NCBI RefSeq assembly: GCF_020745735.1
Contig: NC_083416.1
Span: 40,387,131 to 40,451,130 of the forward strand
Origin: Hemiscyllium ocellatum
Lineage: Eukaryota
Reading direction: 5' to 3'
Length of the DNA stretch: 64,000 nucleotides
Both the position numbers and the translations under genes were made by a program. Numbering within the stretch: the stretch's first letter is position 1; each line of letters begins with the position of its first letter. The notes beneath the pieces are model-generated. The model saw nothing but the letters and a program-made list of their open reading frames with translations. It was not told the origin of the DNA and did no database searches. Of this stretch, positions 36,692 through 50,471 are shown in pieces.

Positions 36692-38372
36692 AGGTAAAAA
36701 CAATGACTGCAGATGCTGGAAACCAGATTCTGGATTAGTGGTACTGGAAGAGCACAGCAGTTCAGGCGGCATCCAAGGAGAAGTAAAATCAATGTTTCGG
36801 GCAAACGCCCTTACTCAGAAATATAGACAGAGCGTCTGAAAGGTGGAGGGATAAGTGAGAGGAGGGTGGGGGTGGGGAGAAAGTAGCATAGAGTTCAATA
36901 GGTGAGTGGGGGAGGGGATGAAGGTGATAGGTCGGCGGCAGGGGGAGGGTGGAGTGGATAGGTGGAAAAGAAGATAGGCAGGTAGGACAAGTCATGGGGA
37001 CAGTACTGAGCTGGAAGTTTGGAATTGGAGTGAGGTGGGGGAAGGGGAAATGCATTGGTGCCACCTCGTGCTCTCATGAGGAGGTTGAGCAATTCATCAA
37101 CTTCACCAACACATTCCACCCTGACCTTAAATTTACCTGGACCATCTCTGACACCTCCCTCCTGTTCCTGAACCTCTCCATCTCCATTATGACGACCGAC
37201 TTGATACCGACATTTTTTACAAACCCACCGACTCCCACAGCTACCTGGATCACACTTCTTCCCACCCTACCTCCTGCAAAAATGCCATCCCATATTCCCA
37301 ATTCCCCCGCCTCTGCCGTATCTACTCCCAGGAGGATCAGTTCCACCACAGAACATACCAGGTGGCCTCCTTCTTTAGAGACTGCAATTTCCCTTCCCAC
37401 GTGGTTAAAGATGCCCTCCAACGCATCTCGTCCACATCCCGCACCTCCGCTCTCAGACCCCACCCTGCAACCGTAACAAGGACAGAATGCCTCTAGTGCT
37501 CACCTTCCACCCTACCAACCTTTGCATAAACCAAATCATCTGCCGACATTTCCGCCACCTCCAAACAGACCCCACCACCAGGGATATATTTCCCTCCCCA
37601 TCCCTTTCCACCTTCCGCAATGACCATTCCCTCCGTGACTACCTGGTCAGGTCCATGACCCCCTTCAACCCACCCTCCCATCCTGGCACCTTCCCCGACC
37701 ACTGCAGGAATTGCAAAACCTGCGCCCACACCTCCTTCCTCATCTCCATCTAAGGCCCTAAAGGAGCCTCCCACATCCATCAAAGTTTTACCTGCACGTC
37801 CACCAATATCATTTATTGTATCCATTGCTCCCGATGCTCTCTCCTCTATATTGGGGAGACTGGATGCCTCCTAGCAGAGCACTTTAGGGAACATCTGCAA
37901 GACACCCGCACCAATCAGCCACACCGCCCTGTGGCCCAACATTTCAACTCCCCCTCCCACTCTGCCCGAGGACATGGAGGTCCTGGGCCTCCTTCACCAC
38001 CGCTCCCTGGAGGAAGAATGCCTCATCTTCCGCCTCGGAACACTTCAACCCCAGGGCATCAATGTGGACTCAACAGTTTCTTCATTTCCCCTTCCCCCAC
38101 CTCACCCCACTTCCAAACTTCCTGCTCAGCACTGTCCCCTTGACCTGTCCTACCTGCCTATCTTCTTTTCTACCTATCAACTCCACCCTCTCCTCCCTGA
38201 CCTATCACCTTCATCCCCTCCCCCACTCATCTATTGTACTCTATGCTACTTTCTCCCCACCCCCACCCTCCTCTCACTTATCTCTCCACCTTTCAGGCTC
38301 TCTGCCTGTATTCCTGATGAAGGGCTTTTGCCCAAAACATCGATTTTACTGCTCCTTGGATGCTGCCTGAAA
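36692..38372 (+). mobile_element. Neptune-type PLE: inverted pLTR, truncated RT-thumb/Cys-linker/GIY-YIG ORF, pLTR; 13-bp TSD
   Basis: FINFTNTFHPDLKFT, PLVLTFHP, CRNCKTCAH, FTCTSTNIIYCIHCSRCSLLYIGETG. 36740-37051 is inverted relative to 38085-38372. TGTTAATCTATTT at 36679-36691 and 38373-38385. Confidence 0.93.
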
Positions 38373-39349
38373 TGTTAATCTATTTTGTTTACCTCTTAGT
38401 GAGGAATCAACCAAGGATGAACTGGAAAAGAAAGACATTTGTGAAAAAAATGTATTTTAAAGACTCCATGTTTCAAAACTATCTTTTGTTTGCAGCATGT
38501 GAAAAGTAGAGAGGATTCTCGTGCAACATATCAATATGAATATAGATGTCTTGAGAGGATGTGTTCTTTTGTGTCATGCAATAAATATTAAAATAATTAT
38601 TTTGCACAAAGAAGTATTATATATTTTCTTCTGCTTTCACTTTGTTTCATAACTAACTTGGGAAACAGAGACTGAAGTGGGCATTAAGGCTAAGTGCAAG
38701 GAGGAGGAATGATTGAGGAGATGGAAGTTGGAAGAGAAAGAGGAGACTGGGTACGTCAGCTGGGAGAGGTGCAAGTTGCAAATAAGGTGAGTGCATAATT
38801 GCAGTCCCCATGGTTTCCCACCAACCTCAAACCTGTCACCTTCAAGAGCCTGCATCTCCTACAGCTCCTGGCACTACAAAACAAGCTATGCCCAGACCTA
38901 TCTCCACATGTAGCATTGAAGCTGCCTATGCAGGGTTGGAGGACTCAACTCACACTCTAGAATCTGTCCTGGCAGAGGACAACAAGCAGAGGAGCTGTGC
39001 CAGGAATTTCTGTCTAAGACTATGCAGAAACTTAATTTAAGTTGAACATGATTGGACTGAGGGCTACGCGGTTCCAGAACTAAGGAAGAGGATAATTGGA
39101 AAGTATTGTAAGTATTAGCAACTTTTCTGGTTCTGTTCATGTCGGACAAAGCACCTTAATCAATACAATGACAGAAGCTGAGCAACCTCTTGCAGCTTCT
39201 TTTGTGAACAGTTGACTTTCTTGCTGTGAGTATAGCTGTATTGCACTCGATGTCATATATCTCTTTTTGTTGCAGAACCTGCAATACAGATAGAACAAGG
39301 TCATGAGAAAAACTCAGTCATAAAGCAGGAATGCATGAGTTCCTAACAA

Positions 39350-40400
39350 TAACAATTGGAATTAAAATTGGCTTAATGGCAGAAGACAGAGATTAATGGT
39401 GGAGGGTTGTTTTTGAAGGCCTCTGACCAGCAATGTTCCCGAGGAATCAGTTCTGGATCCAATTTTGTTTGTCATTTGTATAAACAATTTAAATGAGAAT
39501 ATAGAAAGCATGATTAGTAAGTTTGTGGATGGCACCAAGATTGGTGGTGTAGATTATCTAAGATTATAAAGAGATCTTGATCAATTGGATCAAGTGTGCC
39601 AGATGGATTAAGAGTGTCAGATGGAGTTCAATTTGGACAAATGCAAGGTATTGCATATTAGTAAATCAAACAAGGGCAGGACTTGTACAGTTGAAAGTAG
39701 ACCCTTGGGTAGTTTGTAGAACAGAGAGACCTAGAGGTTCAGGTATATCATTCTTTGAAATTTGTATCACATATAGATCAAGTGGTTAAGAAGCCGTTTA
39801 GCATACATGTCTTCATTTGAGTATAAGAGTTGGGAAGTCAAGATGAGGTTGTACAGGACCTTACTGAGGCCTCTTCTGGAAAACTGGGTCCACTTCTGTT
39901 CTCCCTGTTATAGGAAAGATTTTATTAAGCGAGAGAAGGTTCAGAAGAGATTTACCAGAATGTTGCCAGGTATGGAGGGTTTGGGTTAAAAGGAGAGGCT
40001 GTATGGGCTGGGACATTTTTCACTGGAACATAGGAGATTGAGAGATGACGTTATTCAGGTTTATAAAATCATGAGGGGTATTGGTAAGGTGAATGACAGA
40101 TATCTTTTCCCTAAGGTACAGAATTTCAAGACTAGTGAGCATATTTTAAGATGAAAAAAGAAAGACTTATAAAATGCATGAGAGACAATCTTTTATGGTT
40201 TGTCTGTGGAATGAACTTCCAGATAAATTGGTGGATGTGGGTTCAGTTACAACATTTAACAGACATTTATATAAGTATGTAAGAAATGTTTGGAGGGATA
40301 TGGGCCAAGCGCAGGACCTGGGACTAGTTTAGTTTGGGATTATGGTCAGCATGGACTGGTTGGACTGAAGGGTCTGTTTCTATGCTGTATGAATTTATTA
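39350..40400 (+). mobile_element. HER1/CR1 LINE RT 3' half
   Basis: SNVPEESVLDP, SKFVDGTK, RLYRTLLRPLLE..EKVQKRFTRMLPGM, and tail TTGGACTGAAGGGTCTGTTTC. Confidence 0.92.
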
Positions 40401-40627
40401 CTCAACGTCTGAGACTCTCTAACACCTCTTTCTGATCAAGGATTTTGTTCAGGACACACAGGTCTTACTAATTTCAGCTACTGAGAATTACCTTCCAATA
40501 ATATGCCCAGATGCTACTTCATGGTCCTGGATATATCCAGGGAGGCAACTATCAGATCGAGTGGCATCTTCTCTGCTAGTTTACGATGTAGTGAAAAATT
40601 GAACAGTGTGCAGCAGGTTTTTTTTCT

Positions 40628-40888
40628 AAATTACCTACAGTGAGGAAACAGGCCCTTCAGCCTAACAAGTCCACACCGACCCATTCCCCTACACCCAACA
40701 CTACAGGCAATTTATCTCACCTGCACGTTTTTGGACTGTGGGAGGTAACCAGAGCACCTGGAGGCAATCCACACAGACATGGGGAGAATGTGCAAACTCC
40801 ACACAGAGAGTCGCTTGAGGCAGGAATTGAACCCAGGTCTCTGGCTCTGTGAGGCAGCAGTGCTAACCACTGTGCCACCATGCTGCCC
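40628..40888 (-). mobile_element. HE1-type SINE with internal deletions
   Basis: Homologous to 33951-34265. Confidence 0.9.
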
Positions 40889-42214
40889 CAGCTACCAGTG
40901 CCCATGTCATTTTGCTAAATGATTATAGTAGGATGTGCCCAACTGACCAGGTATCATTAAAAGCTTTTCATTAGTTCAGCAATCCTAACCTTGGTGTGCA
41001 CAAATCATTCAGCAATTTGCAAACAAAATCCAGAAGCCCCTAGTACATCATTTTTATTTAACATATTCTCGTGTTTTTTTTAAAAGTTAATAATTGCAAG
41101 TGCCATTAATGCATTACTCTAATTACATAACTAAACAGCAACTTTTAGTTTATTGTGTGCTTTCATTATGTCCACTTTAAGCATTTTTATAGCGCTGTTT
41201 CAGAATTTTGCTTCGGTCATTTTAAAGCTGAAATTTATCATATTTTTCAACAATAATTTTGATGACAAGAACAAACTAGAAGGGATTCTGGGCATGTTTC
41301 CAAATCAGATACTAATCAAGCATGCTGAATTTGGATTTTAGAGGGTTGAAATGACAATAATTGCTAATAATTTCTGAACCTGCTGAAATCTCACAAGTGA
41401 AGGGGATATAAATATTTGGTAGGCGTTGTTGAAACAGTTTGCTGCACAGATGGCAAGAACTGAAGAACCACTGTAAGAATATTAATATATACATAGTGAT
41501 TGATTAATAATTAATGCTGTAAGAATAGATGGAATGCATTTTCATGTTCAGAACATGGCCCCGTGGTCTCCATAGATCTATTAAAAGAGCTGGCTGTCAT
41601 CAAAGCACTGCTGAAATATTCACACAGGAATGTGATAGGTGGTATTGACAGAACATGAAACTGCAAGTTTGCAGGCAAAATGCTAAGGCCATGAATTATG
41701 CCGAAGTTAGAATGGAAGCCTGAAACTGTGAAAACAGCCTGTCCGCTTCTGACCCTATCTTCTGCGCATTATGCAATATGCCACGGTTGCAAGGGTGTTA
41801 GCATAGGTGTGTAATATGTAACCCAAGAGCATGTAGAGGGGCAGATTATGACCTCAAACTGTCTGTAATGTTGATTTGGCTCAAGCTGTTGTTTGGGACT
41901 TTGCAAATTCTGTTAAGATTGTCTCTTAATCACATCCAGATGAAGATGCAAAAGGGACACTTCTCGCAACCCAACTTCCTCCAATCCCACCCCAAAACCA
42001 TCAAAAATATGAAAGAGATGACCACGGTACTTCCATGTGAGAGGGTTTGACTTTGCTTGCTCCAGGCTGAATAGTAGTGCTGTGTTGAGTGCAATGGAAA
42101 GACAGGACAGGGGCAGAGTGACTACAGTGGAACACAAATTTGACCTGCTGACTGAAGTTTGTTCATGGAATGTGAACATCACTGGTTACATCAGCATTTT
42201 TGCTCTCAATTTCC

Positions 42215-42590
42215 TGTGAGGAGATGGTGGGACAAGCTGTTTTCTTGAATCAACTGTAGTCCATGGGGTTGGGGTGGGTGGGAGGCAATTTTTGGTGCAC
42301 CTATAGTGCTGTTGAAAATGGAATTTATAATTTTAACCCAGCAACAATAAAATGACAGTGATATAGTTCCAAGTCCAGGTAGTGGGTGGCATGGAGAGAG
42401 AATTGCAGCTGCGATGTTTCCATGTATCTGCTACTCATGTCCTTCTAAGTAGTAGAAGCCATGGGTATAGAAGGTGCTATTGAATTAGCCACGTTGAGTT
42501 TCTGCATCTCATGGATGCTATATACTGCTGCTGCTATGCTTTACTGGCGGAAGGATTGAATGTTGAAGCTGGTGAAGATGCAGTCTTGCC
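42215..42590 (-). mobile_element. 3' region of the second CR1/L2-group LINE family
   Basis: Reverse complement resembles 18270-18455 (CACTCCCTCC..CAGTAG..TAGCACCTTC..CTACCATCT). Confidence 0.6.
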
Positions 42591-42614
42591 GAAAGATATT
42601 TTCAAACCAACCCA

Positions 42615-42712
42615 TTCAGAGATGTTAGGACACAATTCTGGAGTAAATGAGATATGAACTTGGGTTTCCTGGTTCAGAGTAGGGACACCACCCCTACATC
42701 ACAAAAGCCTGA
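42615..42712 (-). mobile_element. Short tRNA-derived SINE relic
   Basis: Minus strand GGCTTTTGTGATGTAGGG..GTGTCCCTACTCTGAACCAGG..CCAAGTTCA; a similar head occurs at 35527-35557 (+). Confidence 0.5.
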
Positions 42713-43239
42713 CTAAAAATGTTCAGACTCTTTTGAGCTAGAATTAAACCAGCGATTTACAAATAATTCTTTTGTGACATACTGCTACCTTCTGTTAAGA
42801 ACAATCCTGTTTACAATCATCATGTATGACTTTGAGCTGCAAAAGTAAGGGGACAATGCAAGTGAATGTGTTGCAATCTATTTGGATGATTGGTACCTCT
42901 CATTGTTGAACATCTGGAAGTATGCAGTCATTGTGAAATGTGAGGCCAACATCTTTAGTAAATGTATGAGGGTGAGGTAGGGACTCAGAATGTTTGGCAT
43001 GTGTTCTGATGGTTGATGGGGCTGTGATGTAGTGAGCAGTGACAGAGGTCACAGGTATGGTGGGTAGAAACTGTCACTTGAAGATGTATTTATGACTTTG
43101 GTCACTCCTGTGACATCATTGAAGTTCCCCAGAATATCATGGCTATCCAGAATCAAAGCTGTCTGACCAAGCCTCTAGGACCCATGAGTTCTATTGGGGA
43201 TCAGGCACCCCTTCACCCAAAGTACAGAACCTGATACTA

Positions 43240-43546
43240 AGATATAGATCAGATTCCCTACAGTATGGAGACAGGCCATTTGGCCCAACAAGTCCACACT
43301 GACCTCTGAAGAGTAACCTACCCACACCCATGACTCTACCCAATATTTACCCCTGACCAAAGCACACTATAGATAATTTAGCCTGGCCAATTCACCTGAC
43401 CAGCACATTTTTGGATTGTGAGAAGAAACCGGAGCACTCAGAGGAAACCCATGCAGATGCAGGGAGAATGTCCAAACTCCACACAGATTATCACACGTCC
43501 CTGACACTGTGAGGCAGCAAGGCTAACCACTAAGCCACAGTGCCAC
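43240..43546 (-). mobile_element. HE1-type SINE
   Basis: Homologous to the other copies. Confidence 0.88.
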
Positions 43547-46129
43547 ATAATAAGAGAGAAAGAAAAAAACTTCTGAGGCCACTTTTTTGAATGGATGACT
43601 GCACACTGTACACAAATTTGGATAAATTGGTTGGTTTTGCGCTACCACTGTTTCTCTGAGTCTCTGTGTAGCTCTGAATGTAACCGTGACAACTTGATGC
43701 CTACTATCATGTCCACATAGGATGTACCATGAATCAATGTCTGTGTTGACAGTCTGTTGCAGCATGTGGAAGCAAGGTGAACAAAGCATATACAGGACAA
43801 TGTGTTCCATTGTTCCTCATGGTGAAACATTCCTACTCTTTCCCTGATCCCTGTGTTGAAAGCTGCTTGTGTGGATGAAGTGATCAGTGAGGTGTGGAGC
43901 AGTGAGGTGTGAGGCAGCATGCTGTGAATCAATGCATTAGGATTACATCAGGATCAGTTATTGTTTAGGGTGTCCACAGGTCTATGCTGCGCAGAGTTCA
44001 TGGATCTGTGTCTATTGGTCTTCACTCTACAAGGCCCCATATTGATGCAACTTGCAGCTCCATCTCTCATAGATCAAGATACTTACTTTGCCTATTTTTC
44101 TTCTCAATTACACACTTTTAATTGTAGTCACAATGGAAGGTGACAGTGAGCGCCGTTTGGCCAGTGGATTCCAACCTCTACCTACATGTATTGGTAAAGC
44201 CCTGAACATGCAGGTAGCCATTCCCAGGCACCTCTTAGACTTATTCCCACAGCTGGTCCCCACCCAATCTTTCTACATGCTCCTGCACCTACCCACACTT
44301 TCACCCCCCTCTCCTGGCACATGAAATAACTGTGCCAGGTGTGGTCATATACTGTTTATTGCTTATTGTGGATGACAGCGAACAAATCTCTGCTTCCCTC
44401 ACATTATCCATACTCTAGTATTCTCCCCTTACAAATACAGTTGCTTCCCCCTTTACAATTGTTACCCCTCCCCCCCAACCCCATCGTTTAGTACCCAATC
44501 TCCATGAATAGATTCCTAAGTCTCCTTCCCATAGCAACAGCCCCTTGTTCCTCACACCATTCTTAGTTTCTCAAGATGAGCCCAGTGAACTGGCTGTTAC
44601 TCAATCCCTTGAGCAACTTAACCAGGCAGCCTCAGAGCAGAAGAGCCCAAAACCCTGACTAATGCCTGTATATGTCCCTGACCATGTTAACCACACCTCA
44701 TGATTGGCTGCTATGGAACAGTAAGACACACTGTGACCCACTTCCCAGACAGAAATGACCAAGAACACCCTGACCAGATGTGTGGCCATGGCCAAACCCT
44801 GGACTGGTATCTGAGGCTGCCCTTATTGTTCTCAAATGCCCATGTACCTCCATTGACCTTGGTGAAGACTACTTCCTCTGGACTTTGAGACATGGTTGCT
44901 AACTTGCTGCACTTATGGTGTACTTGCACATAAGCTGCTGGAATATGGAGCAGATGTCAGATTGACATGGCATACTGCCATATAGACCCGTGATGGAGGA
45001 CAATTGACTATCAAGACAAGCTGCCTGGTGGATTTACTATGTTAATTGGCAGAGCAAGACAAGGGAAGGCATGGATGCTATGAGCATGTAATTAGGCACT
45101 TAATGAGTGAATACTGTAAGAACAAGCTAGCAGTCTTGAAATGCTGTCTGGCCTTGGCTGCCTGTTCATGCAGATATAAATGTCATTACAGCAGTCTTAT
45201 GAAACCGCTTTCTAATGCACCCTGCAATGCATAAGCATCCTTCAGGTGGAACAGAGAGGTGCCAAGAGTATCTGAGGGGTTGGAAAATATTGGATGGCAA
45301 TGTCTGTGAATGAGGGGTGAATGCCAAAAGTATCCATGAATCATTCTCTGAGATGCACAGCAAATTGGAGACTCTTTACAGCCAGTAGCGAACTGAAGCC
45401 ACCAGGTATCTATTCTGACTTCCTTATTCTCAGCTTCTAATTTGACCGCATTTTGGTAAGTTAGAAAGCTGCATATTCATAAGGTACAAATTGCAGTTAA
45501 TAAGGTGGGTAGCAAGCAATAATCCTGCTGAATAGGCGATTTGTTGCTGCTTGGCTAGGATAGCCCCTCACAACAGGCAGCTGCATTAAAGATGTAGCAA
45601 TATGGCCCTAACATAAAGATAGGCTTCATTGGACTTCCTGTATGAATTTGCCACAGATTCTATCACAACCATTGTTGTTCGGGTGCAATTTCACCATTGT
45701 CAGAATTTATCACCAGCTGTTGCACCCTGAATAAATGTTTCTTCGAAGAGGTCAGACTGTGTTTAAGAAGGGTAGACTATTTCATGCTATACTAGCCATA
45801 CAGATCTGGGTCCCCTTTTTGGGACACGTTGCGAGTCAGCAGCTAGTTTCTTGTTAGGCTTTACACCGTAAACATGTGAGTAACACAATGTTTGAGTGTT
45901 ACTTATCTCAAGTTGATTTTTCATGGGGCAATTGAACAATCTAATCCTTATTACCCAAAACAGAAATTCAAAATTTAAGTAAAGCTTTGTCCTGGTTAAA
46001 TCACAAATCATTCAGTTATGGTTGTCTAATTATGAAAGAGATCTGTACATAATAGAAATAGCACCTACTTTCATAATTTATCATCGCCCACATCTATTTT
46101 TCTAGTTCTACTCAACCTAAAACTCTCAG

Positions 46130-46540
46130 TCATGCCTTATTTGTCTCCTCTGGACTGAACAATTTCAATTTTCTGATGTTGGCCTCCCATGCACCATGAT
46201 TTGTGAAATTCAACTCATATAAGACCTTGCTCCTATACTACTCAAGTCCTGCTCATCCATCACCTGCTTTGCTGGTCTACTTTACTTCCTAATTTCTATA
46301 GCATCCAAATTAAAATTCTGAAATCAATCCTTACTCATCTAATCTCTTCTTGGTCATGCATACCATCATCTAGCCTACAAATCTCCATTCTTAAATTTAG
46401 CATTGCTCATTGTGTTATTTCTCAATTTAGCCTTCAGTACTTTAGGTTACGCTTGATATTCCTCCCTGTACATTTCCATTTTCTTACCTCCTCTCTTCAT
46501 TTTAGATCTTCCTGTACCCATCTGGGTGCCTAAGTTTCAA
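46130..46540 (+). mobile_element. L2 LINE 3' relic
   Basis: VGLP.....IQLI...A.IL..KSCSSIT..AGL pattern, homologous to 54780-55570. Confidence 0.55.
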
Positions 46541-48199
46541 TTCAAAAGACATTCTTTAAATGTAGCTCTCGACGTTGAACATCCAGTGGATCAGAACAGA
46601 GGTTTGCTCTAATGCTTAGCAACTATCTTCAGACTGAAAGCAATTACATTAATGTGTAAAAGAAATTGAGTATAGTAATGTAAGACAAGGCTTTAACAGC
46701 AGTAGGAAATGAAGCAGTCTCAGGTTAGAGAAGGACAAAAATTTTATTATGAAGAGAAATAATGGCATCAGAAATGTAATTAATAATCATGACTTGCCAA
46801 TGATAAATGTCTTTTCCTATGAAAGAAAATGAATTGATAACAGGAAATAGATTAAAAGATACTGCAACATGGATAAAGAGGATTTACAAAGTAAAACTTT
46901 TCAGGTAGATAACCTAAATCAATACATTGCAACAAAATAGAACATTATCTCCAAATCATGAATGCCTCATTGTACTAATAAACATTGCTTACGAGAAATT
47001 ACCTATTAATATGGTTACACACTTTTTTCATGATTCATTTGTTAATACTTTCTAAAATTAATACTTAAAAATATCTAATTTTACAATGGATGCTATACAC
47101 ATTAATAAAGAAGATTGTGCTGCAAGTGAAGAACATTATGTCAATATTCCTGATTGAGTTGATTCATGAAATGTCCTTGTCTGCCTATGATAATTGTTTG
47201 AAAGCAATTAACAGATGTTTTATTGAGGACATGACTTCAGTAGACCTGTGGAGACTCTTTACAATGTTAGTCAAATCAACAATCATAAATTGTAATGGAA
47301 TAAATGCTGGAATGGCATTCAAGGAGTTAACTAGTTACCAGCCTGGAAAGTACAGTTCATCTGGGCTTTGATATTAGAATACACTCTATGTTGAATAAAA
47401 GTTTTTTTCATGTAATGGATTTGTGTTTCTATGAATCTGCCAACATCTATTAAAATGTGCCTATTCTTTTGCTTATTTAAAATCCCTTTTCTACAACTAT
47501 TATTTTCCATTACCTGAAATTGAAAGATGAAAAAGATCTTTCTATAGAGTCTGTCTTGGCTTTGACTCAAACTTGTCAAATATTAGTCAATGTAACTAGC
47601 TTATTATTCCATTTTATATCATCATCCACTTATCAAGATGCCAGAAAATGCAAATAATATTAAATCATTTACATCAATGCTTCTATACAAGTATTTTCTC
47701 AATTTTATCAAAATAACCTTTCAGGTTCATGCTCCAGGGAGCCATAGTTAACCTGAGTTTTATAGGCAATAATTATACCTTTTTACTCAAAGTCATGATG
47801 TCAGTGACCTTGTTCTTAGTTTTCTCAATGGTGTCATTAATACATTAACTTGTGAATAGTTTGCTACTCTAATTCAATTATTTCATACTTATTAAGCAGT
47901 TCGAAAATTATCTTGTTCTTCCTTTGTATTACATGCACCTGCACAGCACAATGATTTCTTAAATCACATTTTACTATTCCTTTCTTTTTTGTAAAAAAAA
48001 TTACCTTCTCATCCCGGAGAAAATTGGCTATTGATGAGTCATTGAATTAAAAGCAGCAATTAGATTTATGCAGTACAAAATGTTATTAACCCGAAACATT
48101 AAGTTAATTTCTCCTGACTGCAAGACCCACTGTGTATTTCATGATTTTCTACTTTTATTTCAGATATCCAGAACCCATAGTGTTGCTTTGCAACATCCC

Positions 48200-48590
48200 T
48201 CACACCATACCAGCTTTGTAAGTACTTTGCAGTCACTGAATTATTTTATGAAACATAGACATTGTTGTAATGTAGGAAATATTTGTAACCACTTCCTGCA
48301 CTGTAAACTCCCACAAACAGCAATATAGTCATCAGCTAATCTGTTTTATTAATGTTGGTTGAGAAATAAATGTTAACTATTATACTGGAATAACTTCTCT
48401 TCAAAATAGTGCCATGGGATTTCTTTAATGTGTATGTGAGAGAAGGCAGATGATGTCTCGGTTTACCCTTGAAAAATGCTGCTCTGGAGTGTCAGTCTTG
48501 ATTTTGTGTTCCACCTTCTGGAGTGAAACTTGAGTCCAAACACTCTGACTCAGGCTAGAATTCTTAGAAATTTAATCACAGGTGACACAG
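48200..48590 (-). mobile_element. DeuSINE (SacSINE1/AmnSINE1-like)
   Basis: Minus strand has ATCCCATGGCACTATTTTGAAGAG, CTCAACCAACAT, ATTGCTGTTTGTGGGAG and TTTCCTACATTACAACA Deu-domain blocks behind a tRNA-like head. Another relic lies at ~35270-35520 (+). Confidence 0.75.
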
Positions 48591-48599
48591 AAGTCTTAC

Positions 48600-49205
48600 T
48601 GCGACTGCCTAAGTCTTTGGCAAGACCATATCAGGAGTTCTGTGTTTTTGTCTTTGTACCAAATAAAGAATATATTTATTTTCAACCATAAGGCATAGAA
48701 ACAGAAGTAGGTCAGTCAGCTCATTGATTCTGCTTTTGAAGAGTGTATTGGAGCTTCCATAGACTGATTCCTAAAATCTGATAATCCTTCTGTGCGAGAA
48801 TATAAGAGTAAACTAGGCTTTATGTTGCTGAGAACTTCGGAGAATAAGAGCTGATTTCATTGAAACTTAACAAATCTTCAGAAGCTTGATAGTGGATGCA
48901 GGGAGGATGTTTTCTCTGGCACTAAGGGTAATAATCTTAGAACAAGGGGTTAGCCATTTAAGACCAAGGTAAGGAGAAATTCCTTCACGTAAAGGGTTGT
49001 GAATCTTGGAAATTTTACCTGAGAGGATTGTAAATCATCAGTTGTTGAATATATTTACAATGTGATTAAAATATCTTTGGACACTAAGGTATGTGGGAAA
49101 ACTGAGGTAAAAATAGAAATTGAGGTAAGGTGGCATATTTTAAATGGTTTTCCAATCTTGATAGGCTGAATATTTGAGTCCTGTTCCTCATTCTCATGTT
49201 GTTCT
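48600..49205 (+). mobile_element. Decayed CR1 3' region
   Basis: SLARPYQEF, RRIRADFIET and RVVNL motifs, followed by a tail. Confidence 0.7.
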
Positions 49206-50166
49206 GTCCTAACACACTGCTGAACTATGTATAATTGAATTTCTGATTATATAATCCTGAAGATCTTTTCTTTGCAAAGAATTCACAGTAAATGCCTCAG
49301 TGCAATATTTCCAGGGGTCTCTACATCCAGCACAATTATAGCAAAACAAAACTTCTGCCTGGCATAATTCCAAGCTGGTAACCCCATTTTAAGTCATGGA
49401 ATAAGTTTATTTTACATCACTGGCAGATATAAGGCTGTTCCTGCCCAAATTCACCCTTGTAAAGTGAAGCCAAGCCAACAAAAATTGAAGAGGTTCTAGG
49501 CCATTATCTCTGAGCTTCCATCAGGTGTTAAAAGTGTAAAGATAAAAGAAATTATTTTGAAGTCTTGAGGTGCAAAAGATCCATTTGATTTCTAGGCAGA
49601 ATAATCTGAGGGACAATTGTTACATAGAAGAGACTTGTGACCTTTCTGAACATGTTCCTACTTTTTATTATCCATTGTCCCCTTCCCCCTGACAGACTCC
49701 ATTTGTTTTAAATGATGACAGAATTTAGGAAAAAAAAACTGCACTTCACCAGTTTAAAACTGCTAATTGAAGAGTTGACTGGACAGATCATAGAAGTAAA
49801 GAACAACTTCAGCTGAGTTGGCTAATCGACATCATTTTAAATATTTGGGCTAATGATGTCTGACGTAACTGAACTGGACTGCAGCATCTCTGAATATATT
49901 CTTTCATCTCTGTGATGAAATCATTACTTTCCATTGCCATCAAGCTGCATACAACACCATTCTGACCCTGTATGTTGTGTATTATCTCCTCTGTCTCTTC
50001 TCACGTAGATAATACACTACCATTGAAAACGACTTGCTTCCACTCTGGTCTGATGACTACTGAGCTATAGCATGACTACTGACTACTGAGCTACAGCCTC
50101 TGTCACATGAAGGGCAGGTGGTGCTTAAAGGGTTGGGTAGATAAATTGCGTGGAGCATTTTATAAT

Positions 50167-50471
50167 TTAGATTAGATTACTTACAGTGTGGAAACAGGCT
50201 CTTCGGCCCAACAAGTCCACACTGACCCGCCGAAGTGAAACCCACCCATACCCTTACATTTGCCCCTTACCTAACACCACGGGCAATTTAGCATGGCCAA
50301 TTCACCTGACCTGCACATCTTTGGACTGTGGGAGGAGCACCCGGAGGAAACCCACGCAGACACGGGGAGAACGTGCAAACTCCACACAGTCAATCGCCTG
50401 AGGTGGGAATTGAACCCGGGTCTCTGGCACTGTGAGGCAGCAGTACTAACCACTGTGCCACCGTGCCGCCC
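50167..50471 (-). mobile_element. Young HE1 SINE
   Basis: Near identical to 33951-34265. Confidence 0.95.

Noticed and set aside
36949-38378. Active Penelope ORF
   Set aside because: Lacks the RT catalytic core, has frameshifts and a stop, and its hammerhead G12 is mutated.
39255-39305. 24-nt plus-strand microexon after CTCTTTTTGTTGCAG
   Set aside because: The donor GTCATG is weak and there is no supporting context.
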